Shown piece after piece: positions 17,786 through 27,180 of a stretch of DNA of 64,000 bases. The position numbers and the translations under genes are program-made. Position 1 is the stretch's first letter. Each line of letters begins with the position of its first letter. Source of the DNA: an uncultured Candidatus Bathyarchaeia archaeon (GTDB taxonomy: Archaea > Thermoproteota > Bathyarchaeia > Bathyarchaeales > Bathyarchaeaceae); assembly GCA_964618695.1 (NCBI GenBank), contig CAZUDX010000006.1, forward strand, positions 91,257 to 155,256, given 5' to 3'. The notes beneath the pieces were generated by a model. That model was not told where the DNA came from, did not search any database, and was given only the letters and a program-made list of their open reading frames with translations.

Positions 17786-18325
17786 ATGAAAAAGGGAACA
17801 AAAAAGTTCCTGACCTCTGCATTTATCCTGTTGAATATTCTCGTCTTTTCTCTATCCCTATTCACATCAGGTATTGTATCTGCTGCATCAGGCAATTGGA
17901 TTGAAGTAACAAGATTTGGTGATGATGGTCCGTATTTCCAAACAGACCCTTTCACAATTTATCATGTTGAATGGCGAATCAGATGGGAATATGAACCGCA
18001 TCCCGAAGTTCCTGACGAACACCCAAGTCTGCACGTTTATGTTTATGCCCAAGAATCCCCTGGGACATGGTTTGAGTCCGTCAGAAAGAATGGAACTGAA
18101 GAAACAAGTGGAACGTTGTACATCCACGATAGAAACGGTACATTTCATCTGATGATAATAAGTGCCGTACAGAGTTACACGGTAATCGTTGAACAGAATT
18201 TGGAGTCTATCCCAGAACTTCCTTCATGGACGCCAATATTGGTTACACTCTTTGCTGTAGCTGTTGCGGCAGTTATTTACAAGAGAAAACTGCAAGCAAA
18301 CAATAGTGAGAGGGATTTGTTTTGA
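17786..18325 (+). CDS. secreted hypothetical protein with PELPSW-TM-basic C-terminus
   Basis: 179 aa with an N-terminal signal peptide (…SGIVSAAS). The C-terminus IPELPSWTPILVTLFAVAVAAVIYKRK resembles PEF-CTERM-type sorting signals. Confidence 0.6.
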   Translation: MKKGTKKFLTSAFILLNILVFSLSLFTSGIVSAASGNWIEVTRFGDDGPYFQTDPFTIYHVEWRIRWEYEPHPEVPDEHPSLHVYVYAQESPGTWFESVRKNGTEETSGTLYIHDRNGTFHLMIISAVQSYTVIVEQNLESIPELPSWTPILVTLFAVAVAAVIYKRKLQANNSERDLF

Positions 18326-19416
18326 AGAAAAAAACGTCACTGGTCCTTATGTTACTGGCATCTTCAATTGTAATAATTCCAATTCTTGGAGTTGAGAAAG
18401 TAAACGCAACAGAGGATTCTTGGACAACGCTGGAGCCAATGCCCACCCCTAGAAGTGCCTTTGGTGTTGCTGTTGTAGATGGCAAGATATATGCAATTGG
18501 AGGATTCAATGGAAGCAACTATCTTGCAATTAATGAAATGTACAATCCAGAAACAGACACATGGACAACAAAGCAGTCAATGCCAACTGCACGGCATGAC
18601 TTCGCAATAGCTGTTTTCCAGAACAAAATCTATGTTATAGGCGGAATTTTCGACGAAAGTGGCGTCGATTTCTCGGGTTATACTGGAGTAAATGAAGTTT
18701 ACGACCCTCAAACGGATACCTGGGAAACAATGGAGCCAATGCCCACCGCCAGAGCAGGTCTAGATGCAAACGTTGTGGGGAATAAAATCTACCTGATAGG
18801 CGGTGTAAAACACGGTCCTGTCTGGCCCTTTGATCAGGGCACCGCAGGCTTGAATGAGGTTTATGACCCATTGACTGATTCATGGTCAACAAATTCGCCG
18901 ATGCCAACAAGTGTCGGCCACTCTTTCTCAGCAGTGGTTGACAACAAAATTTATGTTATGTATGCTGTAATCGAGACTTCATTCCTCACCCAAATATACA
19001 ACTCCGAAACTGATTCATGGAGCTACGGAAAAAAGTTGCCAACCGCAGCTTTTGTGGCGACTGCTGGCGCAACTACTGGCGTGCTGGCTCCAAAGAGGAT
19101 TTACGTTTTAGGTGGAATGGTAGAATCTAACGTTGCCACCAACCTCAATCAAGTGTATGATCCGGAAACTGATACTTGGACTAACGGCACGTCAATGCCC
19201 ACACCTCGCTGGGAATTAGGAATTGCCGTTGTAAACGATGAGCTTTACGCAATTGGAGGCTACAACGGTGAAACCCGCTTGGCAGTTAACGAAAAGTACA
19301 CACCAGCTGATTATATACCAGAGTTTCCTTCATGGGCTATTCTGCCTCTATTTGTGGTAGCAACTTTGGCAGTCATAATCTACAGAAAGAAACTAACAAA
19401 GAAGAAGGCGCCCTAG
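18322..19416 (+). CDS. secreted Kelch-repeat beta-propeller protein with PEFPSW-TM-basic C-terminus
   Basis: 364 aa. TTG start overlaps the upstream stop (TTGA). There is a signal peptide and six Kelch-like repeats (IY.IGG......N.VYDP.TD.W....MPT.R). The C-terminus is IPEFPSWAILPLFVVATLAVIIYRKK. Confidence 0.8.
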   Translation: MKKKTSLVLMLLASSIVIIPILGVEKVNATEDSWTTLEPMPTPRSAFGVAVVDGKIYAIGGFNGSNYLAINEMYNPETDTWTTKQSMPTARHDFAIAVFQNKIYVIGGIFDESGVDFSGYTGVNEVYDPQTDTWETMEPMPTARAGLDANVVGNKIYLIGGVKHGPVWPFDQGTAGLNEVYDPLTDSWSTNSPMPTSVGHSFSAVVDNKIYVMYAVIETSFLTQIYNSETDSWSYGKKLPTAAFVATAGATTGVLAPKRIYVLGGMVESNVATNLNQVYDPETDTWTNGTSMPTPRWELGIAVVNDELYAIGGYNGETRLAVNEKYTPADYIPEFPSWAILPLFVVATLAVIIYRKKLTKKKAP

Positions 19417-19497
19417 CCCAAATTCAGTATTCTTGGCAACAAGCTTTTAGGTTAAGGTTGAAGGACAACATTATTCAAATCGAAGTGGGCTATCTGT

Positions 19498-20478
19498 GTG
19501 GTTAGAACCGAAATCTGTGGATATGGTGGGAGGATTAGGCTGTTAGCGGAAAAGCTTGTGTTTGTCGGTCACATCTCAGTTGACAAAATCGAGAATGTGA
19601 ACGGCACTCGGGTTCAGCCTGGAGGAGCAGCATTATACGCGGCAATGGCAGCTAGAACCCTGTCACCAAACGTAGCATTGATTTCAGCAACTGGAAAAGA
19701 CTATAACTTCCATGATGTTTTAGACCTGCTACCCCATAAGGACGTGAAAATACTCAACATCCCCTCCACAAGATTTCACATAAAATATAATCAGGGTTGG
19801 GAAGCCAATTACCTCAGAGCCGACCACGGCGCTGGCTCCAGAATAACGTCCCGCAGAATCTCAGACAAGTGGCTTAGGCACAAAAGCATATTTCATATTT
19901 CACCTATGACCCCTTCAAAGGTTGCAAAAATATTAGACAAGATAAAACAGAAGTCTCCTGAAACAAAAGTTTCTGTTAACACTTGGGTAGACTATATCAG
20001 AGAGGGGCGAAAAAACAGGAGAATCTTGAAGGATATTGCTTTGAAGGCGGACTTTTTCATTGTAAGCGACACTGAAGCTAAAGCGTTAGCCCAGACTGAC
20101 TCCATATCTTCCGCTGTTAGACTTCTCAAAGCTAAACGATTAATCGTCACTTTGGGCGTCTTTGGAGCCATAATCAGCGAAGAAAATGGTGACCTACAAT
20201 TGGTTCCCGCCTTGAATCTGGCGCCCGACAAGATAGTTGACACTACGGGAGCCGGAGACGTGTGGTGTGGAGCTTTTCTAGCCGCCTACAATCTAACTGA
20301 AAGTTTCGGCAAATCTGTGGCTGTTGCATCCACCATTTCCCGCATTAAATGTTCAGATTGGGGCTTCGAGAGCCTCATGAACCTGCGATTCAAGGAACCC
20401 AACGACGTCATCGAATTCGTAATGGGACTTAAAGACGGAGTCATCCAGAAAAAAATACTTGACTATTTCAAAGACTAA
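19498..20478 (+). CDS. PfkB-family carbohydrate/nucleoside kinase
   Basis: 326 aa with the ribokinase-like signature DTTGAGDVWCGAFLAAY near the C-terminus and N-terminal GG.A.Y.A. The exact start is uncertain. Confidence 0.8.
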   Translation: MVRTEICGYGGRIRLLAEKLVFVGHISVDKIENVNGTRVQPGGAALYAAMAARTLSPNVALISATGKDYNFHDVLDLLPHKDVKILNIPSTRFHIKYNQGWEANYLRADHGAGSRITSRRISDKWLRHKSIFHISPMTPSKVAKILDKIKQKSPETKVSVNTWVDYIREGRKNRRILKDIALKADFFIVSDTEAKALAQTDSISSAVRLLKAKRLIVTLGVFGAIISEENGDLQLVPALNLAPDKIVDTTGAGDVWCGAFLAAYNLTESFGKSVAVASTISRIKCSDWGFESLMNLRFKEPNDVIEFVMGLKDGVIQKKILDYFKD

Positions 20479-20548
20479 ATTTGTTGGGGGTCTCGTCCAG
20501 AAAGATTATTTAGGGTAATTTTACTGCTTAGGTTGTGGTGAAGATTGT

Positions 20549-20788
20549 ATGCCTATGGCCTATGTGCTGATCAACACTGAACCGAAATATATGGAGAACG
20601 TTGTAGCAACCTTAGAGAAGCTTGATGCGGTTGTGGAAGTGTTTCCGGTTTACGGCGTCTACGATGTGGTAGCAAAGGTTAGAGCAGAAACCATGGAGAA
20701 ACTCAAAGAAATCGTCACTTGGAAAGTGCGGAGTCTAGACCAAGTTCGGTCAACCATAACCATGCTAATTATGGAAGAAAAGAAGTAG
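20549..20788 (+). CDS. stand-alone Lrp/AsnC ligand-binding (RAM) domain protein
   Basis: 79 aa. AYVLIN.EP......V...L..L..V.EV..V.G.YD...KV pattern of AsnC-type small proteins. Confidence 0.75.
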   Translation: MPMAYVLINTEPKYMENVVATLEKLDAVVEVFPVYGVYDVVAKVRAETMEKLKEIVTWKVRSLDQVRSTITMLIMEEKK

Positions 20789-20809
20789 CATAACCTTCAA
20801 ACAGACCGT

Positions 20810-20947
20810 GTGTCAGTTGAGGAGCACAACAATGTGGCACAGCAAATTTCTGAGTTAAGGAATGATGTGGATAGCCTACGTCTCCTCCTGACAAGATTGG
20901 AACATCAGTTTAATCGTGCTACCCAGATGAAGGCAATACACCCTTAA
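20810..20947 (+). CDS. possible 45-aa coiled-coil micro-protein
   Basis: GTG-started ORF below the track cutoff: MSVEEHNNVAQQISELRNDVDSLRLLLTRLEHQFNRATQMKAIHP, heptad-like. No other support. Confidence 0.25.
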   Translation: MSVEEHNNVAQQISELRNDVDSLRLLLTRLEHQFNRATQMKAIHP

Positions 20948-21023
20948 ACTAATCCATCGATCAGGCTGTTGTTTCCTAGAAGGATCCTCGGCAGAACAGT
21001 CAGGTTTAGCTAGTTGCGAGAGT

Positions 21024-21425
21024 TCACTCAACGGTGACTGCTTTTTCTTTTCCTTCCCACACGCCGTGTAAGTTACAGAATTCTTGAGCCCTTAGGGTGG
21101 CTGTTTCGTTCAAGGTTACATTCAAGGTTACAACGTATTTGTCTGACATTTCAGCACCGAATTCTACCCTAGATATTAATCGTTCTCCAGCGTACAAAGC
21201 AACCCAGTTTATCCAGTGACTCAAAGTGTTGGGATGCTCAACTCCGTCAATTCCGCCAACCTTAACTTTAACGACGAAAGGTTCGTTGGCTTTAACTTTG
21301 CTGGGCGCCTCCATTATGGGCACATGCTTCTTCGCCATGTCGGGAAGATTCATCCAATCTTTAGGTTTGTTCAATTCCGTTAAGGAAAAAGGTTTTTCAA
21401 CACTCAAAATTTCACATCTCCTCAC
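21024..21425 (-). CDS. sor: superoxide reductase (neelaredoxin / desulfoferrodoxin centre-II domain)
   Basis: 133 aa with KHVPIMEAP, GIDGVEHPNTLSHWINWVALY and CNLHGVW. These are the His4-Cys iron-site motifs of SOR. Confidence 0.75.
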   Translation of the reverse strand: MRRCEILSVEKPFSLTELNKPKDWMNLPDMAKKHVPIMEAPSKVKANEPFVVKVKVGGIDGVEHPNTLSHWINWVALYAGERLISRVEFGAEMSDKYVVTLNVTLNETATLRAQEFCNLHGVWEGKEKAVTVE

Positions 21426-21901
21426 AATATTGTCTTTTGACGTTAAAACTGATTTTTCGAAGTCATATAAACCTTTCTTGATACGGATACTGTTAAGTTA
21501 TTTGTGGTGAACTTGATTTATCCGTCTTCCAATAGCAATATCTCTCCATGTTATAAATTGATTTAAAATGCCTCTCCTAAATATGAAACAATTACAAATG
21601 GAGGTAAAATGTTATGGACAAATTCTGGGAGATGCTCTTCAGGATTCTGATGGGGGAGAAATACACCTACGTTTCACCCCATTTGAGAAAAGGGACAATA
21701 TATTGGCAAAATGGTTCTCTTCATTACAGAAGACCAACCGTTGTTAACGGCTATTTTAAACGTCAACATCAATAGGTATCTGGGGGGTATACCACAAGAT
21801 ATAATGTGAGTTTATTTCTTTCAAAAAGCTTGATAGTTGTTACAAGTAACTTGTTTCCTTCATACTGTTTCAAATTGAGATTTGTTTTTAAGTTTTGGAT
21901 G

Positions 21902-22504
21902 TTAAGAGAGGAGAGTTTTTTCTAGAAACCTAAATATTACAGAATCGTATCTCGCGGTTTCCTTGAAGGCTTCCACAGCCAAAATAGCCTTATTTTTGGT
22001 GCTCACCTGACCCTTTTGCTTCAATTCTCGGAGAATCTGACCATATCTGCTGGGGTTAACGATTACAACCACGTTTTCAAAATTTTTTGCTGCCGCCCTA
22101 ATCATGTTGGGACCACCTATGTCAATGTTCTCTAGGGCTGTCTTCAGGTCAACTCCTTGACTAGTTAGCTTTTCGAAAGGATAGAGATTACATACAACCA
22201 TGTCGATGGGCTTTGTTCCTAAGCTTTCAAGCTCCTTCATTTGTTCTTTCTTGTCTCTTAGCGCAAGTATTCCCCCGATTAATTTGGGGTGTTCAGTTTT
22301 TACTCTGCCTTCCAAAATTTCAGGAAATTCCGTGACTTCCGAAACGTGTTTAACGAATTGTATTCCTTCATCTTTTAGGGTTTTCAGAGTTCCACCTGTT
22401 GCGATTATCTCAATTCCTAGTTTGCGGAGTTCTCTGGCAAAATCCACGATTCCTGTTTTGTCATAAACGGAAATCAGGGCACGTTTCATGTTCATCAGCA
22501 CCAC
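21902..22504 (-). CDS. purH: stand-alone IMP cyclohydrolase (PurH N-terminal MGS-like domain only)
   Basis: 200 aa. KRALISVYDKTGIVDFARELRKLGIEIIATGGT...GRVKT.HP...GGIL......VVCNLYPF...IDIGGP.MIRAAAKN equals the IMPCH half of bifunctional PurH. There is no AICARFT domain. The likely start is Met at 22489. Confidence 0.8.
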   Translation of the reverse strand: MVLMNMKRALISVYDKTGIVDFARELRKLGIEIIATGGTLKTLKDEGIQFVKHVSEVTEFPEILEGRVKTEHPKLIGGILALRDKKEQMKELESLGTKPIDMVVCNLYPFEKLTSQGVDLKTALENIDIGGPNMIRAAAKNFENVVVIVNPSRYGQILRELKQKGQVSTKNKAILAVEAFKETARYDSVIFRFLEKTLLS

Positions 22505-22694
22505 TCAATCTTGCGTGTTTTCTTGTATTTAGGGTTGGGGAGAAAGAAAGTCTTTCAATCCCGATTTTTGCCAAAAATTAAAAAAGGGGTAACGTGAACA
22601 TAGCAAGGAATGGAAACAGGTTCACCCATTTGTGAATTTGATTCCAGACAAGCAACAAAAGAATCTGTAAAGAATCGAAGAAGGAGGTGTCTGT

Positions 22695-22970
22695 GTGTCG
22701 AAGGATCCGAATACAATCTATGTTGGAACGAAACCTGCTATGAGCTATGTGTTGGCGGTGATTACACATTTCAATTCGTCTGATGCCAAAAAGGTTACTT
22801 TGAAGGCTAGAGGACGGGCAATTACAACTGCTATAGACGTCGCCGAGATAACTCGTCGCAAGTTCCTGAAAGACCTAAAAACTGACAAAATAGAAATTGG
22901 AACCGAAGAATTGCAGCGAGAAGATGGAACGAGAAACGTTTCAACAATTGAGATAAACATGAAACTCTAA
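22695..22970 (+). CDS. albA: chromatin protein Alba (Sso10b family)
   Basis: 91 aa, GTG start. NTIYVG.KP.M.YVLAV.T.F......V.LKARGRAI..AIDVAEI.R. Confidence 0.9.
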   Translation: MSKDPNTIYVGTKPAMSYVLAVITHFNSSDAKKVTLKARGRAITTAIDVAEITRRKFLKDLKTDKIEIGTEELQREDGTRNVSTIEINMKL

Positions 22971-23028
22971 TGAAACTAAAAGCCTCAATGTAAAACATGA
23001 ATCCCCCGTTTCTTTTCTTTTTTCTGGT

Positions 23029-23373
23029 TTAAAATCCGTCTTGTTTTAAGTAGTAATCGTCTTCTTTTTTCGACCCAAAGCTTCTGACGCCTTTCTCTCT
23101 CAACTGTTTTCTAAGTTTTCTGGCGTATTCTCGGCTTATCTCTTCCCTACTCTCCAGATAACAGATTATCTCCTCCGCTTGCCTCTCCTTGTCGCATCTA
23201 CGAAGGAAATCAATCACGTCTGGTGTGTACCCAGTGAATCTCTTTGAGGCTGCCTTCTCTCCAGTGGAAGGGTCGGACCGAACCGAATTTATCTTAGTTC
23301 CACCTTCCCCATTCTCCATTTCTTGTGCTAGTTTGGGGAACATTTTTTGAAACCGTTTCTTTTCGATATCCAT
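23029..23373 (-). CDS. conserved hypothetical charged protein
   Basis: 114-aa ORF with a clean start and no overlap. No motif could be named with confidence. Confidence 0.45.
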   Translation of the reverse strand: MDIEKKRFQKMFPKLAQEMENGEGGTKINSVRSDPSTGEKAASKRFTGYTPDVIDFLRRCDKERQAEEIICYLESREEISREYARKLRKQLREKGVRSFGSKKEDDYYLKQDGF

Positions 23374-23441
23374 AGTTTTCCCATTATTTTTCTTTAACAG
23401 CCAACTATTTAAACTATAATCCGACTTTTCCTAACGGTTGC

Positions 23442-24062
23442 CTATTTTGGCACAAACTTTTGAAGCGGATATTCCTTGAGGATTTTTGTAAGTTGGTTGA
23501 GGCTGAGACCTGTTTTGTTGTCACCGTATATTTCGCATCTCTCTGGTTGATTAAGTTGGTTGAGGCTTCGAACTACCACTTCTGCCTCGTCTCCGGAAGG
23601 AAGAAGAATGTGGATGTGGAAGGATGATTCTTTTTTGCCCTCTTTAGTTACTGAACGCCACTCCGACTTTGTAGCTTTATAGTTGTGTTTTTGTAGCTGA
23701 TCTAGAACTTGAAGGGGGTCTTCGGAAAAACTGTTTATGTCTATGTCACTGTTTTTGTGTGCTGTTCCTCTCCAGACACTTCCCACAAGTTTCGGGTTGA
23801 AATCTTTGAGTGCCGTCATTATTTCGTGTGCTTCTTTTCGCATTCGCAGAAGCAGGTTCTTTCTCGAGTCGCCTTCCATTTCTTCGGCGATTTTGTCAAG
23901 TTCTTCTGCGACTTCTAAGTTGCTGGGAATCACTCTGGAGTTAAGGGTTTGTGCGGCTCTTTGTTTGGCTTGTTTATACTCCTTCTCTTGCGACGAGTAG
24001 AGTAAAAGGGCAGCTTCTCTGGCAACTCGCTTTCGCAGAACCCTTGTACGGTTGCCCTTCAA
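23442..24062 (-). CDS. Pol-beta-superfamily nucleotidyltransferase domain protein
   Basis: 206 aa with the GSVWRGTAHKNSDIDI (G[SG]..G....SD[IV]D) minimal nucleotidyltransferase motif. Confidence 0.65.
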   Translation of the reverse strand: MKGNRTRVLRKRVAREAALLLYSSQEKEYKQAKQRAAQTLNSRVIPSNLEVAEELDKIAEEMEGDSRKNLLLRMRKEAHEIMTALKDFNPKLVGSVWRGTAHKNSDIDINSFSEDPLQVLDQLQKHNYKATKSEWRSVTKEGKKESSFHIHILLPSGDEAEVVVRSLNQLNQPERCEIYGDNKTGLSLNQLTKILKEYPLQKFVPK

Positions 24063-24254
24063 AGCAATTCCTCAATTACTTAATAATTATGGAGGAGCTT
24101 TTGGATGTTGCTGTCGTGAGAGTTTGCAGCCACAATAATTTTACTTGCGTTCATGTTACACCGCTTTCAGCGATAAAGTGTCTCACAAGTTTTGAGTAAA
24201 GAATATAGCTTGTCAGCAACAGAGTGTACACAATCGACGAGAAAGGTGAATTTT

Positions 24255-24500
24255 ATGGCTAAATTTAGAGTGGAAATAGATCACAACGTTTGTCAAGGTT
24301 TCGGGGCGTGTGTTGAATTATGTTCCAGCTTCGACCTCTCAGATGAAGACGGAAAATCCCATGTGAAAGGAGCAAAAAAAGTCTCCACCGGAGAAGCCGT
24401 AGAACTAGATGAACTGGGGTGCCACAGAGAAGCAGCAGAAGTCTGCCCCTTCAACGCAATACACATCACCAACCTAGAAACCGACGAAAAAATCATCTAA
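24255..24500 (+). CDS. fdx: single-cluster 4Fe-4S ferredoxin
   Basis: 81 aa from ATG 24255 (MAKFRVEIDHNVCQGFGACVELC...CPFNAIHI). It precedes the oxidoreductase genes. The track ORF begins further upstream at 24192. Confidence 0.75.
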   Translation: MAKFRVEIDHNVCQGFGACVELCSSFDLSDEDGKSHVKGAKKVSTGEAVELDELGCHREAAEVCPFNAIHITNLETDEKII

Positions 24501-24516
24501 ACTAGGACGAGTCCAT

Positions 24517-26262
24517 TTGATAGTTAACAAGATTTCATTATTAGTTGGAGGAGAGGCAGGAGCAGGAATAACCCGGTCAGGTTTTCTCTTCGCCAAAGCC
24601 TGCCTAAGAGGAGGACTATACGTCTTCGGTGCCAACGACTACCAATCACTCATAAGAGGAGGACATAACTTCTACATTGTCCGAGCCGACGCCGAAGAAA
24701 TCTACTCACAAGGCGACACAATCGACCTCCTCATAGCCCTCAACAAAGAAACCATTCTTCTACACAAAGACGAGCTTGTTTCCCATGGAGGAATAATCTA
24801 CGACGGAGACCAAACCAGCATCAGTCTAGAAGAACTTGGAAGAGACGACATAGAACTCTATTCTGTGCCCCTCAGAAAACTCGTCAAAGAACTCAACGGA
24901 CCACAAATCATGGAAAACACAGTAGCATTAGGAGCCGCAAACGCCCTCCTAAACTACGACCCAGAAATCCTAAACGAAGTTTTAAGAGACACCTTCAAAC
25001 CAAAAACAGCTGAACTAAACATAGATGCTGCAAAACGCGGATACGACTTGGCCAGAACAAACTACGGGGAAAATTTTGGAATCCGACTGGAAAAAACAAA
25101 TTCAGCTGGAAAACATAAAATCTTGCTCACCGGAAACGAAGCAGTAGGATTGGGAGCCATACGGGCAGGCTGCAAACTCTACGCAGCTTATCCAATGACA
25201 CCAGCCACCTCAGTGCTTCACTTCTTAGCGCCTTTAGACCGAGAACACAACATGGTTGTGATTCAAGTAGAAAGCGAAATAGCAGCCGTCAACATGGTTG
25301 CCGGCGCCTCATTTGCTGGTGTTAGATCCATGACAGCCACTTCTGGAGGAGGCTTTTGTCTAATGAGCGAAGGAGTAGGCATGATTGGCATGACCGAAAC
25401 ATCCCCAGTCATACTTTTGGTTCAGAGACCCGGACCGAGCACAGGTCTTCCCACATACACAGCGCAGGGAGACCTCAGATTTGCCATCCACGCTTCCCAA
25501 GGAGAATTCCCCAGAGTGGTAATAGCGCCGGGGGATGTTGAGGAAACTTTCTACAGAACCATGGAAGCCTTCAACCTAGCTGAGAAATTCCAGATTCCAG
25601 CAATAATCATATCAGACAAGTATCTGGCAGAAAGCCATGGAGCAGCAGAGCCCTTTGACCAGAACAGAATAGGAATTGACCGTGGACAACTAATAACTGA
25701 AGACGAGTACAACGGCGAGGAAGAATACAAGAGGCACAAGTTTACGGAAGACGGAATCTCTCTCAGAGCCATGCCCGGAACCAAAGGAGCTATAGTAAGA
25801 ACTAACGCTGACGAGCATAACGAGATGGGATACACAACCGAAGATCCTATGTTGTCAACAAAAATGGCTGACAAACGATTCAAGAAACTGGACGCCCTCA
25901 CCAAAGAACTAGAAAACTACGAAAAAACCAAACTTTTCGGTCCAGAAGAAGCAGAGGCAACGATTCTAGCATGGGGATCAACTAAAGGACCGATAAGAGA
26001 GGCTATGAAACTTCTCAGCAAAGAAGGAGTCAAAGTCAACTATCTGCAAATTGTTTATCTTACACCTTTTCCAGTTGCTGAAGTTCAGAAAATACTGAAA
26101 TCAGCTAAGAAGACGATTGTGGTAGAAAACAACAAAACCTCCCAGCTCACCAGCCTCATAAGAGAACACCTTCTCACAGATGTTGACCATAAGATTCTGA
26201 AGTATGACGGGAGGCCCTTCAATCCAGAAGCTCTATCGCAAAAGATAAAGGAGGTGCTCTAA
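24517..26262 (+). CDS. korA: 2-oxoacid:ferredoxin oxidoreductase, fused gamma-alpha subunit
   Basis: 581 aa. N-terminal POR gamma-like domain (GG.AGAGI...G) followed by the alpha domain (LTGNEA.G.GA..AGC....YPMTPAT). Confidence 0.9.
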   Translation: MIVNKISLLVGGEAGAGITRSGFLFAKACLRGGLYVFGANDYQSLIRGGHNFYIVRADAEEIYSQGDTIDLLIALNKETILLHKDELVSHGGIIYDGDQTSISLEELGRDDIELYSVPLRKLVKELNGPQIMENTVALGAANALLNYDPEILNEVLRDTFKPKTAELNIDAAKRGYDLARTNYGENFGIRLEKTNSAGKHKILLTGNEAVGLGAIRAGCKLYAAYPMTPATSVLHFLAPLDREHNMVVIQVESEIAAVNMVAGASFAGVRSMTATSGGGFCLMSEGVGMIGMTETSPVILLVQRPGPSTGLPTYTAQGDLRFAIHASQGEFPRVVIAPGDVEETFYRTMEAFNLAEKFQIPAIIISDKYLAESHGAAEPFDQNRIGIDRGQLITEDEYNGEEEYKRHKFTEDGISLRAMPGTKGAIVRTNADEHNEMGYTTEDPMLSTKMADKRFKKLDALTKELENYEKTKLFGPEEAEATILAWGSTKGPIREAMKLLSKEGVKVNYLQIVYLTPFPVAEVQKILKSAKKTIVVENNKTSQLTSLIREHLLTDVDHKILKYDGRPFNPEALSQKIKEVL

Positions 26263-26338
26263 AACGGTAACTTTTGAAGACCTGAAGACACCAAAAAAGA
26301 ACACTTGGTGCCCCGGATGCGGAAACTTCGGGATACTG

Positions 26339-27121
26339 ATGGCATTCAAAAAAGCCCTAATAGAACTAGGCGTTGATAGAGAAGAAGTTGTGCTTGTGTC
26401 GGGCATAGGTTGTCACGGCAAGATGGTTAACTACGTTAACATAAACGGCTTTCACGGCATCCACGGAAGAGTATTGCCTGCAGCGTCAGGCATTAAACTT
26501 GCGAATCCCAAATTAATGGTGGTGGGTTTTGCTGGAGATGCTGACCAATATAACGAAGGATGGGGTCACTTTGCCCACGCGGTAAGAAGAAACATCGACA
26601 TGACTTTGATTGTTCATGACAACATGGTTCTCGGCTTAACTACAGGTCAGGCAACCTCCACCAGCCAGCAAGGATTTAAATCGAAATCAACTCCCTTCGG
26701 CGTCATACCTCCAATGTTGAATCCTGTAGCTCACGCTTTGGTTAGCAACGGCACCTTTGTTGCCAGAGGATTCGCCGGAGACATGTTGCATCTAAAAGGT
26801 TTGATTGTGGAGGCAATTAAACACAGAGGCTTCGCCTTCATCGACGTTTTCCAGCCCTGTGTTACCTTCAACTACCTAAACACCTACGACTGGTTCCGAC
26901 AGAGGGTATACAAACTGGAAGAAGAAAACCACGACGTAACCGACAGAAAAAAAGCCCTAGAGAAAGCGTTTGAATGGGGCGACCGAATTCCAATTGGAAT
27001 ATTCTACAAAAAAGAGAGACCAATCTACCGCGACAATCTTCCCCACGTAAAAGATGCGAATCTCACAAAACTAACCACACAAAAATTAGACATAACCTCT
27101 AGCCTAGAAGAAATGATGTAA
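26339..27121 (+). CDS. korB: 2-oxoacid:ferredoxin oxidoreductase beta (TPP-binding) subunit
   Basis: GIGCHGK, GDADQYNEG (TPP GDG-type motif), DNMVLGLTTGQ. The conserved N-terminal TWCPGCGNFGIL is encoded in-frame upstream (26303-26338) of the first ATG. The true N-terminus is therefore probably at or before 26264 (see findings). Confidence 0.85.
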   Translation: MAFKKALIELGVDREEVVLVSGIGCHGKMVNYVNINGFHGIHGRVLPAASGIKLANPKLMVVGFAGDADQYNEGWGHFAHAVRRNIDMTLIVHDNMVLGLTTGQATSTSQQGFKSKSTPFGVIPPMLNPVAHALVSNGTFVARGFAGDMLHLKGLIVEAIKHRGFAFIDVFQPCVTFNYLNTYDWFRQRVYKLEEENHDVTDRKKALEKAFEWGDRIPIGIFYKKERPIYRDNLPHVKDANLTKLTTQKLDITSSLEEMM

Positions 27122-27180
27122 AGTTTTCACAAAACACTCATCATTTTCGGTAATTTGAGAAGATTTAGTAGAGTCGCTAA

